Shown here piece by piece: positions 44,076-55,373 of a stretch of DNA of 64,000 nucleotides. Positions within the stretch are counted from its first letter, which is position 1; every line of letters starts with the position of its first letter. The stretch lies in assembly GCA_009602735.1 (NCBI GenBank), contig WELA01002258.1, positions 651,546-715,545 of the forward strand. Reading direction: 5' to 3'. Below the pieces are notes generated by a model. It was not told the DNA's origin, did not search any database, and saw only the letters and a program-made list of their open reading frames with translations. This DNA is from Mesotaenium endlicherianum (lineage: Eukaryota). Position numbers and translations under genes: made by a program.

Positions 44076-44862
44076 CATGACCTGAGATGGCTTGGAAGAC
44101 ACTGGAGATACTATAATTTGTATAAACTGGTACTTAAATATATACTCTAGATTATCCTTGTACCCCCTCTGAAAGCAGTGCATGTGAATCGTGACACGAA
44201 AGTTGAATGATCCTGAGTCAACGCGGTTGGAAAACCCATTCCAGCATCTTGAAATGTCACGTGGACCGACTATGACGATCCTTACGCGTGGGACTTTCCG
44301 TATACACAAGCTCGCATGCGTCCTTGTCATCTTCTCATTTGACAATTGGTCCCAGTACTATAGTCATCGTCAATGGTATCACAACCGTGATTCTTTCATC
44401 GAAGCACCGTAATGAACACCGGGTCAAGCGCAACGCGGCGCCTAGTACTTATTGCCTCATGGTCCCTCCTCCACCGCCACGGTCCATCACTGCTACCTTG
44501 TGACCAATTTTCTTCCCGCAGCGTGTACGCTGTACAGTAGGCGAGTGTGAGCGAGAATGACTTTGACTTTCAGCAAGTGCATGACCGGATGACAATCGAG
44601 TGTGACCGAGTGACCCTCGCTCCGAGTCAATTCCTCGCTCTATATGCAGTCTTACGTTCCCCCCAGCCGCGTTTACCACCTTTCATGGCGGTTTGCTCCA
44701 GTTGGCAGCAGTGGCTACTGTGGCTTGGTTCGGTTGGCTTTACCAGACTTCAATGCGATACGTTCTCCTTCGGATATCTGAAGCCCGTCGACTCTACCTC
44801 TTTTTCTCTGACCTATTTCAAGAATGTTCCAAGGTGGTACAAGGAGTGTTCTTTACGGAGAT

Positions 44863-46086
44863 TGTGACGCGACTACTATCGGTTTGACGGTGTCGCACGC
44901 GCAGCGCAAGCTACGGCCACCTAGTACGGAAAGTCAACGTTGACTCACCGACCACTTGACTGATTACATCGGCATCAAGACCACTGGCAAGGGGTCAAGG
45001 TCTATGTGCCTCACACCCAGGGATGGGGGAGGTTTTGACAGCATAGACAGCCGCGAGGCTAGAAGCTGGGGGATCAGCGATGAGCCGCCCAGCAGGTACC
45101 AAGTCAGGTACTGTGTGACTGGCAGATTAAGCCAGGTCATGGCCACAATGCCAAGATAGGTTACGGCCGCCCGGTTGGAAATCTTGAGCAAGTAGCATTT
45201 GCTTGTACACGCCGCTCAGTAGCCATAAGCCAAATAGGCGTGACTGCCAGCTAAGAAGCTAAGCAGCCACGCGCGACAGTCACGAGGTGTGCATGCATGC
45301 TGAGTGACTACGAGTTTGAGTTGAGCATGGCTAGGCAGAAGCGACATGCAGCTAAGTTGTGTGACTAAGCACGGCATTCTCGAAAGATGACGCTGTGTAG
45401 TGCCTGCGAAAGGCACGAAGCTTGGCTGAGACATGTCATTCACTCTCACGCACTTTTGCCAAGAAGCAGAAGGAGCAGAAGGAAGGAGAAGAAGGGTGCA
45501 AAGAAGAAGAAGAAATTCCCAAGGCCATTGGAGGGCCAAGGCCCCACGCTTTTACCGACGCTGAAAATTCTTCTCAATGTATCATAGATAAGTTAGGATT
45601 GTAGGAGTTCCCAAGAGGGAATCTCACTGTTGAAGTAGGAGACTTGCAGAATAGAATCTGCTAGGAGATTGGCACAGACTCGGCCAAACGTCACCAGTGT
45701 GTGAAGCAGCCTTAAAATGGTGAGTTGTGTGTTAGTTTCGAAATTCTCAGAAGTCGCATTTGCATCCCAAAGAGAGAGAGTAGTATTGACAGATAAAGCT
45801 CTCAGTGAAGAACTGAGTGGGCCTAGCCTGGCAGTGAAGAGCTGTTAAGGCGCGATGTTAAGTGAAGAGCTTGACCCAGGCCAGCATAGATGTGTAGTTT
45901 CAAAGTTTTGTAAGCTTTGACTTGTGAAAGTTAAGCGAAAGCCTGAAGGGCGACTTTCTCTGAATCTGACGTTGTATGTCAAGCTGCTTAGAGTGTGATT
46001 TCTGCAAACTGCAATTTGCTCGCCTGTGAACCCAAGAACCTTAAGGCATAAAGCCTATGTGGAAGTAAGAGGCTTCCGTCCTACTT
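44863..46086 (+). repeat. Repeat A1 of the gypsy element
   Basis: Colinear with 55374-56617 from TGT(GA)CGCGACT to GTCCTACT; about 70-80% identity by eye. Confidence 0.88.
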
Positions 46087-46205
46087 CTGAGAACTTCGGT
46101 TCTGTGGTTCAGGTGAATAGAAATTCCCAAGCAAATTGGGGATTGAGGCCTGTGAGGGCTGCCGGTGCTCAACCTGGAAGGGGACCCGGAGAAATTCAAC
46201 TGTAC

Positions 46206-48350
46206 ATGCAGTTGAGGAGTGGAAGACTCTACTACCCTGTGGAGCCTGCGGAAGGTTCTGATTCAAGCCAGAGTCCACGAGGAAGTGAGACATCTGAGCA
46301 CACGGATAACCTGTGGAGTGAGCAACCGTCGAGAGACGAGTCTCGCCATACTGCCACGAACGGTGAGAATTCGTATAACGCGCGAGCCTTTGTACCCAAT
46401 TTGGGCAGAGAGCACGACGTGTGGGGTAAAGATAGTGAGTCTTGGTCACCACTCGAAATGACTGGTGATGATAAGGATGAAAATCCTAAGTTCAAGCTGT
46501 CTACAAAGTGTTTTAGTGGACGAACCGGTGGAAATAGTCTCACTTTCGAAGAGTTTGATGAGATCTATTGGGCTGACTTCTTTGAGAAAATCCAAAAGGA
46601 TTCTTCTTACACTCAGTCAGTCGCTTTTATAAGCTTGGTTCAATACTTGGACAAAAATGCCTTGTTGCTGTATCGTCAATTTCGGAAGGACGAGAGCCTT
46701 ACCCAGGAATGGGCGTTTGACGAGCAAAAAAAGGCGAGGGATTTGAAAATCTAGAAAGAGGCTGCGAAAGCCTGCCTGTCCACTTTATCATCAGGAAAAG
46801 CGTTACCTGCTGCACCTGTTGAGAGCGTAGAACTAGCTGCACTAACACAAGAATTAACAGATGCCATGAAGCAACTCACCGAGGGTCAGCAGCGAGCGGC
46901 TACTCGAGATGATGATGCTGGACCTGTCACAGAATTGCGTAAAGGGTGTGCAGAATTGTCTGAAAAGATTGCTAATGCTCAGGAACGAGTAACACGCAGA
47001 GCTGCACCTTTTACAGGGCAGCATGGTGACAGTGCCACCACGGAAGCAGGCCATGCGCAAGCGTTGCCTAGTTGCCGTAGGGATATGGAGGCTGGGGATG
47101 ACCAGTTAGACTCTTAGCACTGTCTGCGTCGTTTCTTTAAGTTGCTTGAAGCAAAATTCCCAGAGGATCGCAGTCTTAAAGTGCACCGCTATGTGCAATT
47201 TGTTCGTCAGAAGAACGACACAGTGATGGAGGTCAAATCCAGATTGGTAGACCTTGCCAAGAAGGCAGGAATCTATGAGCCTAGGATTGTGGCTGACAAA
47301 TTCTTATTGTGTCTGGGTAAAGATACAGATCGGGAGGTCAAGCCGCACCTGTCTGCGAAACGCGGAATCGACTGGAACATCGACGAGGCTGCTGAAATAG
47401 CACGCAATGTCGAGGAAGGTAAAGTCTGGTACAAGGAGGCTTCCAGGACGCTTATGGCTCCTGAGAAAAGGGAGGAATCCTTTCAGCCTAAGGCCAATAG
47501 CTCTAATTTTCAGTTTAAAGAGAAGAGCGGGTCTTTCAATAGGTTTGCTAAGCACGCCAACACTGTTGAGACAGCAGAGGGCTGTTGGAATTGCGGGAAA
47601 TCGGGACATCAGAAGAGAGATTGTCCGTACCCGGATGCTAAGCAATTGTCTGCTAGCAAGGCGCAGGTATGCGCACATTGCAGCAAAATGGGACACTCAG
47701 AAGATGAGTGTTGGTCCAAGAACCCAAATCTGAAGTCACCATGGGCTAATGCTGCCACGAAAGAGGCAGATAAGGGTAAGAGAAGGGAGAAAGATAACTC
47801 TGGTAACCGGAAGGGTAACCAGAAGTATGATGCTATGAGTGCAGAGATTGCAGAGTTGAAAGCTAAATTTGCAAGACTAAATGTGCCTAATGTCTACTAT
47901 GATGCAGATGTGGCCGAAAAGACCGTCTGCAAAGGCGAGAAGCTGACGCCTAAGAAGGCCGTGGCTGCGTCGGCTGCGGAGCGCGCAGACCATGACCGTC
48001 TAGTTCCAAGGAATGTTGGGAAGCTTCCTCAGACCTTTCGGATCACTCTCGATGAGAACGAGATTGCGCAGCTACGACAAGCCAAGCCTGAGTCACGCAA
48101 GACATTTAGTTTTTCGCTGGAAAAGCTGAAGGCTCTGGTGGAACACCGGATTCAGCACATTCCTTGTCTTTCACTCGCTGATCTGCGTCTTACATATCCT
48201 TTCGCGCTTGAAGAAGCCGGACAGCAACTGGACCTAGCTGAGGAAGGCGCGAACAGCGCTTTGCTGCCTACTAATTTCAGCATTGTGAGAGTGCAGAACA
48301 AGGATAGAGTTTTGACATTCAACGACTGGGCCACTCCCAATATCCTATTG
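46206..48350 (+). pseudogene. Gypsy gag region with two zinc knuckles, disrupted
   Basis: Starts MQLRSGR (ATG 46206). Knuckles CWNCGKSGHQKRDC and CAHCSKMGHSEDEC. Stops at ~46752 and ~47115. Confidence 0.85.
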
Positions 48351-48660
48351 GCACTGGCGCACAGCCCGTAATCTTGGGAAAGCAAGCTGTGAAAGCTCTG
48401 GGATTGACGGCAAGGGACCTGAAAGAAAGTCCTTTCCAGTTGAGGACTGCATCTGGGCAGATTTCAAAGTCTTGTGGAATCACCCGCAAGCCTGTGAAAA
48501 TCACAGTAAACTTGGGGAAACCAGAAAAAGCGTCACTGTTCATAGAATGCACGGTGACAGAGGCAAAGAACTATAATGTTCTCTTGGGGACAGAAGCTCT
48601 GATTCCCCTGGGTATGGTCAGCGACCTGCAGAAGCAGAGGGTGACTTACCAGTCGACAGA
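48342..48660 (+). pseudogene. Gypsy aspartic protease, 1-bp deletion in the catalytic Asp codon
   Basis: ATC CTA TTG G-C ACT GGC GCA CAG CCC GTA ATC restores ILL[D]TGAQPVILG if one A is added. Downstream LRTASG and YNVLLGTE fit a retropepsin fold. Confidence 0.8.
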
Positions 48661-48997
48661 TCGGCAACCGACAGGAGAAATTCTTGTAAAAATGGTTTGC
48701 TCGGGAGAGGCGAACTACGGACTGCTAGACTGTTATGTGAATGACCAGTATCCAGATCATTATGACCTCATCATGCAACGCGAAGAGAAGATCTACACCA
48801 GCGTCAACATGCCGACTCCCTTGGTCTGGCAACCTTGGATTATGGAGCAACTAGAAGCTGTGAGTAACAGGGACCGTGGCCCGCAAGAGCTGCTGCCAGT
48901 TCCTTATCCAGTTAAGACTGCTGCCAATTTGATGCCTGGAGTAGACCCACTGCCGCAAGGCACTGTAAGGATGGAAGATCCTTTTTGCAGGAGAGGA

Positions 48998-49950
48998 GTA
49001 GTAGTGCTGGAATTGTTCGCCGGACTTGGTTCTGGAACCATCGCACAGAATCAGCGAGGTATCCAGGTATCCAAAGTGCTGTATGTGGACAATGATGAGA
49101 GTGCTTTCACAGCATTTAAGGAGGTCATGAGTCAGATGCGGCAAATGTACCATTTCAAGGCATTGGTGCCTACTAGTTTGGTGCGTCTTGCTGGAGGAAA
49201 CATTCTCGATGTGAAGTCTGAGGACCTGTATGGTTACAGGATTGACTGGATTTTTGCGGGATTCCCTTGTCAACCTTTCTCGCAAGCTGGGAACAGGAGG
49301 GGATTCAATGACCCGCGAGCACGACACTGGGGATGGATGGTGAAAATCATCAGTATGCTGCGGGAACACCAGCATCTCTACCCACCAGTGTTTGTGATTG
49401 AGAATGTACATCCAGGGATGGATTACAACCAGATGAAGCCAGGAGATCCATGGCTGGTCTTCGACTCCACCCTGGGTCATCGTGTATTGATCAACGACGC
49501 CAGGCACGGAGGACTTTCACACAAGGCCAGACTATTCTGGACCAACGGCATGTCCATTGAAATCCTGAGGGAGATGGAGGAGATTACGCGGCGCACGCCA
49601 ACGGCAGTATCTGTGGGAGAAGCACTGATGGTGGAAACCAAGCCAGTAATCAGGAGGGATTTCTACCCACAGTACGTCGTCAACGAGCCAGGCCGGCCAA
49701 GGGTGGTGCTGCCCACCTTCGCAACATACCCAGGATCACGCGCATTCGTGAAAGGAGGACCAGGAGTGGTCAATAATGCGCACGACAGAGAAGCTCAGTG
49801 GAGAGAGCCAACAGCTGAAGAGAAGGGAAGGTGCCTGGGGGTACCCAACTCCATTGCACAAGAAATTGTTGCAATGGTGGGACAAGACGACACTAGGCAA
49901 TATGATTAGGCATCACTCCATGACGTGGTTGATGGAGACGATTATGACTT
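48998..49950 (+). CDS. C5-cytosine DNA methyltransferase domain within the gypsy polyprotein, frameshifted just before motif X
   Basis: Motif I VLELFAGLG; II YVDND; III GNILDV; IV AGFPCQPFSQAG (catalytic Cys at 49268); VI FVIENV; VIII DARHGGLSHKARLFWTN; IX REPTAEEKGRCLG; X LGNMI in the adjacent frame (ORF 49776). In frame with the protease (ORF 48374-49909). Confidence 0.93.
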
Positions 49951-52038
49951 GGCAACAGATGACGTTCTCTGACAAGCCTATGCCCAGGCCGAGGCCAGTA
50001 ACGATTGGAGTCCATGTGGCGCCAACCTCTGATCAGAGAGCTATCAGGGAAGCGCATCAGCGACAAGAAGAATATGGTGTTGAAAGGGACGCAGCTGAGG
50101 CTGACCAAGGTGAAGCACTCAGAGAAAACAGAGTGGCGGGGCTGACCAGGTGTCAAGACCTACTGGCGCAAATTAACAATCAAATGGCGGCTCTACACGA
50201 CCCTCTGGAAAGAGAGCTGCGAAGGCTGCGGGAAGATGTAGCTAGGAAGACCAGGCAACTGGTGAAGCAAACCCTTTGGCGAGCGCTGGAACAAGCAAAT
50301 CACAGGAGGTCCCATTATCTGCAGAACGCTCCAGCCAAATATTTGTGACGATGCCGGAATGGGAGAAAGAGACCACTTCTTAGTTACGGCACATGGCCCT
50401 AGACGAGGTCTGCGGAAGCCCATCCCCAGACGCGGCAACGTCAAGATATGAAGAACGCCAGTGCAATATTGGCGAATAGGCCGAAGAATGCAGTCAAAAT
50501 TCAGGAAACTCTGGAGGGTCTGGAAAGACCATTTGCCTGGAGGTGATTTTTGAAGATAACAGGAAGGAGACGACCAAGAGATTGCCCGCCACACCTATTC
50601 TGATGAGCCCAAAGCCAGAGGCCAAAGGGCAACCACAAGACACAGTTGGCAGCACAGCTGAGTCGATCACCAAGCAAATCATGGAGCGGTTGCTGGAAGC
50701 AGACGGCCCTCGACTCAAGGAAGAGAAAGTGGCGAAAGCAGCTCTCGCTCTACAGTCAGCCATCATCAACATGGCAAGGCTCAACACGGGAGGGGATGAA
50801 GAATCGCCGCCTCTTGGATCAGAAAAGTCGGGGGAGGGAGAGGATGCAGAGATGCAAGGCCTCTCAGAGTTGGAGTTGCCATCACTCAACAATGGAGGGG
50901 ACATCAGGGAAGAAATTCCACGTCTTCCCACGCCAGAGTTGGATCTGCTTGACTTACAAGAGCTGAGGACAGACGACTGGGTAGCTGACCACCTGATGGG
51001 GCCAAGCCCGACAGACCTTTATGAAGAATTAAGATCACCAACATGCAGTACTCCTACTGCCAGTCTTCCAGTGGCAGAGCCCAAGTCGACCGCACGACCG
51101 CCGCAACGGCAGGAGGTGACTGCCTGCACTGCTAAAGTGGAGACAGCGCAAGGTAAGCCCGAAAGTCGCGCAAGCAGACCAAGGAAGGTGGCCCGTGAGG
51201 GTAACGCATCTTTTAGGAGGATGCTAAAGCGATATTTCAAGCATAAGGGGAAGGCTCAGAGAGAGGGCGTTCCGCGAGGAACCACAGCCCCACCTCCTCC
51301 GCCTTTGCGGGATATCCTGCAGAGAGAGGGAGAGGACGGCTTGATTCGCAGGGCAATGGCATCGGGCATTAGTGTGCCGCCAGCCATGAACACGCCCTTG
51401 TTGCAACTATCAGATCTTAGGATACAGAGGTCAGAGGCATGACACCTGCAATCCCAGAATGGGAATTGATGGATCTGAGAAACACCATCAGCCGCTTGAC
51501 CGCAGCAGATGATGCTTTCCTCGCATAACTAGCGGCACCTCAAAGGCCGCAATTGTTGGCGCAGGCATGGACGGTCACACCACCCGCAAGGGAGGAGTAT
51601 GGCACGACCGTCGCCCGCATGGCTATTATTGAGCGAGAATGGGGCTGGATGATCAGCCCTAGAATAGATCCTGCAGGTTGGCCAATGGCAAACCAACCTC
51701 GGCCACGTAAAGAAGGAGGAACCGGGACCAGTTGAACTGCAATCGACGAGGAAATGTTCCTGAGGCAACCCATCCGGAGGCGCCTGACATACCCCTCATC
51801 GCAGGAGAGGCGACGCGCCATTGGGAAAAGTAAAAAGCTTAGGAAACAGGCTGCCGAACCTATGGCAACGGAGGAACAAGCTGCAAAGCCTGCTACCCCA
51901 CCTCCTAAGAATCAGGCAGAAAAGCCTGAGAGCCAGGATGAGGGCGGGAAGCCCCCACCTGCACCCAAGGAGTAGCAACTACTGGATGCCTTTGTTGGCG
52001 AGAAGCAACTTGAAACTGAGACTTTTGCCATTGGGAAA

Positions 52039-53430
52039 ATGGTCTCAGCCAAGCAGAGAGCACAAGTAGAAAGGTTGCTGAAGAAACACCGCAAGGTATT
52101 TGCTTTCACTAAGGAGGAGATTGGTAGAACCACTGCCAATGTGTGTGAGATCACACTAACTACTGATAACCCAGTCAGACTTGGGCCGCATAAGCTCAGT
52201 CAGACAGAATGGGACTGTGTGGAGAAAACTTGCGAAGAGCTGCATAAGCTCCGCATGATTGAAAAATTTACCTCAGTGCATGGGGCTCCCACAGTAGTAG
52301 TCGCTGAAAAGGATGAGGCCGGCAATTACACTGCCACTCGTATGTGTGAAGATTACAGGCGACTGAATCTCTACACGGAGCCAGACAGCTATGTGATGCC
52401 TACACCGGAGCGGATCTTTGCAATTGCCACCATCGGAAAGGTGTTCAGCATCATCGATCTGCGCCAAGGCTTCAACCAAATCCCTGTGAAAACAGAAAAT
52501 CGAGGTAAGATCGCTTTCTGGGCTCAAAGGGAACTTTGGCAATGGACTGTAATGCCATTTGGGCTGAAAAATGCCCCAGCCATATTTCAGAGGACTATGG
52601 ATAAAGTGCTGGAGGGGCTAGATTCTGCTAAGCCATACATTGACGATGTGGTAGTATTCAGCAAGTCCATAGAGGAGCACCTCGAGCACTTGGAACAAGT
52701 GTTCCAGCGCCTGAAGAAATTCCAGATGAAGCTGCATCCTGAGAAGTGCAGATTCTTTGAGGCACACGTGCCTTACCTAGGACATGAAATTGGGAACAAT
52801 GCTATGTCCCCTCAAGCTGTGAAGACTGAGGCTATTTACAAGATATCTGCACCAGCGAATGTGTCTAAGCTGAAAGCTCTGTTAGGGCTAAGCAAATACT
52901 ATTGTAATTTTGTAAGGATTATAGCAGAATTGCTAAACCCCTGACGGAACTTCTGAAAAAGGATGTGCCTTTTGCGTGGACAGAAGCTCAGGAGAAAGCC
53001 AAAAACGAGCTTAAGGAGCGGCTGGTAACAGCCCCAGTCTTGCGAACGCCCGACTGCTCCAAGCTGTTCAATTTGCACACTGACTGGAGTCGTGTGGGAA
53101 TTGGCGCGGTACTCACTCAGGTCGCAAGCCCTAGAGAGGAGTATGTCATTGCCTATGCCTCACGCTCTAACAATTGAGCAGAGAGCAACTACTTGTCCTA
53201 CGAAGGAGAGCTGCTGGCAGTGGTTTGGGCTGTCACACACTTTAGAGAGTATCTGTGGGGAAGACCCTTCACGCTGATTACGGATCACTCACCATTACTA
53301 TGGCTGATGAAGAATGGAGACCTCACTGGTAAGTTGGCTCGCTAGACTCTTAAGCTGCAAGAGTACCAATGACGGTGGTGCACACAGCAGGAGTACTCAG
53401 TAACAACGTCGATGGACTCAGCAGGAACCC
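52039..53430 (+). pseudogene. Gypsy reverse transcriptase and RNase H, disrupted
   Basis: RMCEDYRRLN, IDLRQGFNQI, MPFGLKNAPAIFQR, PYIDDVVVFS, YLGH; RNase H LHTDWSRVGIGAVL, IAYASR, TLITDH. Frameshift at ~52920 and stops at ~53175 and ~53344. Confidence 0.95.
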
Positions 53431-53749
53431 AGACCCATCTTCAGACAACAGAACAGGAGCTCGAGAGGACGAAGACCCGAGCAGCCCAGCAGAGTTGGTG
53501 GCTTGCCGAGCCAAAATGGCTGGAATAGTAGCATCAGGTGAAGCTGAGCCTCTACCCCTGTCCATTCCAGAGATCTGGAAAGATCAAGCTACTATGCAGT
53601 GGCTGAAGACGGGAACTCACTTGGAAGGACTATCAGTGAAGGAGAAGGACCAGGTAAGTCATCGAGCTAAAAGGTTTTGCTCGAAACGCAACAACCTCTT
53701 CAAAATTGAAGAAACGGGTCAGGAGAAGTTAGTACCAGAACCCATCAGC

Positions 53750-55030
53750 TCTTGTGCAGGAAATGCACGAGAACACTGGACACTATGGTGTCAAGAAGAC
53801 ATATAGTCTTTTGGAACTATCTTACTGGTGGAGGGGCATGAAGCAGCAGTGTGAAGATGTGATCAAGGCCTGCCAAAGCTGTGATCGCGTCAAGGCTGGT
53901 TTTACACAGCAACATCCACACTTGCAACCTTTGCCGATCATGGGCCTAGGCTATCGCTGGAGCTGCGATCTCGCAGGTGAGCTACCGCTGTCTAAGCGAG
54001 GTAACAAGTATATCATGGTCATGATTGAGCATTTCTCTAAGTGGATAGAGGTTGTGCCTCTGACTGCTAAGGAGAGTCTAGAGACCGCGGAAGCGTTCCT
54101 CAATGGTGTGATTGTGCGCATGGAGCTCCAACAGAAGTGGTGACGGACCAAGGGTCTGAGTTCCAAGGGTCTTTTCAGAAACTCTTGGATAGATGCTTCA
54201 TCGATCATCGCACTACGTCTAGAGATCATCCGCAAGCAGATGGTCTGGCAGAAAGGATGGTGCAAACCATTAAGTCTGCTTTGCGCAAGTTTTGCCTTGA
54301 GCATGACAAGCGTGACTGGGATCTGGCCCTGCCATTGCTGGTTATGGGTTATAGATTTAGCAAGCAGGCTGCCTTGGCGAATTACTCGCCATATCGGATA
54401 CTGTTTGGCAGAAGTCCAGTAGTGCCCAGCAGCATCGAGCAGGAGATTGAACAGGTGAAAGACCTGGACAGCCCTGATGAACTATTAAAAGTGATGGTAC
54501 GCCGTAAGGCGTTATTTGAGCGCATGATGCCGGCTGCACTGGACAATCTGAAAATTGCACAGAAAAGAGATACGCAGCGTTACGCCAGGACGCCAGACGC
54601 GAGCTACCGCCTGCAAATGACGCAGATTCAAGAAGGAGACTTTGTCTACCGCAAGCGCCAGACCAAGACCACCATCGACACCAGTTCAGGTGCAGTGATC
54701 TTACGCGTGAAACATGCGTTTGACAATGGTGTGTTAGAACTGGAAGGTTCTGATGGCAAAACCATGAGAGACCACGTGCAGAATTGCTCGCTATACCATT
54801 TGCCGAATATCGATCCTACCGTTAGGGTTGTGCCCGAGGAATTGGTGCCAGCCACGCCTTGTGCCAGCTGCAAAGTGCTGGATGATCAGGAAGCAATGGT
54901 AACTTGCGATAAGTGTGGTGCCCGTTGGCACACTTTCTGCATTGGCGAGGAAGAGATTATGGCAGGACGATGGGAATGTCCTGACTGCCTTCCTAAACCC
55001 CTAGCCGCAGGGCTGGAAAAATATCTTTGA
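53750..55030 (+). pseudogene. Gypsy DDE integrase with C-terminal PHD finger, frameshift at ~54120
   Basis: HHCC (HENTGH...CQSC); catalytic WSCDLAG, VTDQGSEF, QADGLAERM. C4HC3 finger CASC...CDKC...HTFC...WECPDC at 54860-54988. Confidence 0.93.
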
Positions 55031-55068
55031 GCAGAAAAGGCAGGGACGCCTCAGCTGAAAGGGAGGGG

Positions 55069-55371
55069 TATAAGAGGAATTAAGGCAAGGCAAGGGTTTT
55101 TAAAATTTTCTGCTAAGTCTTAGGATAAGCAGATGGTGAGAGCTGGGTGGCAGAGAACGTTGCCCTGAGTGTTGGTCATGGTTGCATGGTGCAAGTTCAG
55201 GAGCCGAGGGATGGGTTAACCCTGGTAAGGCTTGTCACCGACACACGTGCGAAGGTCGATCGACCATGTTTGCCCACACGTGAGGAGGGCCACCGACGCA
55301 TCAACCAGGTCAAAGACACACGTGCTAAAAGGCTACGCACGTACCAGGGACCGACGCTGTTAGGCACGACA
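55069..55371 (+). repeat. Repeat B1 (U3-like, directly after the PPT)
   Basis: Begins TATAAG (B2 has TGTAAG). Shares AAATTTT(C/T)TGCTAAGT, TGTCACCGACACACGTGC and CCGACGCTGTTAGGCAC with 56618-56910. Confidence 0.85.
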
Positions 55372-55373
55372 AT

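Noticed and set aside
46040..46090. AAGCCT...AGGCTT...CCTACT resembling group II intron domains V and VI
   Set aside because: No proper domain V geometry, and the RT is gypsy-type rather than a maturase.
48998..49950. Bacterial contamination or restriction-modification system
   Set aside because: The methylase is fused in frame within a retrotransposon inserted in intron-containing host DNA; no nuclease partner.
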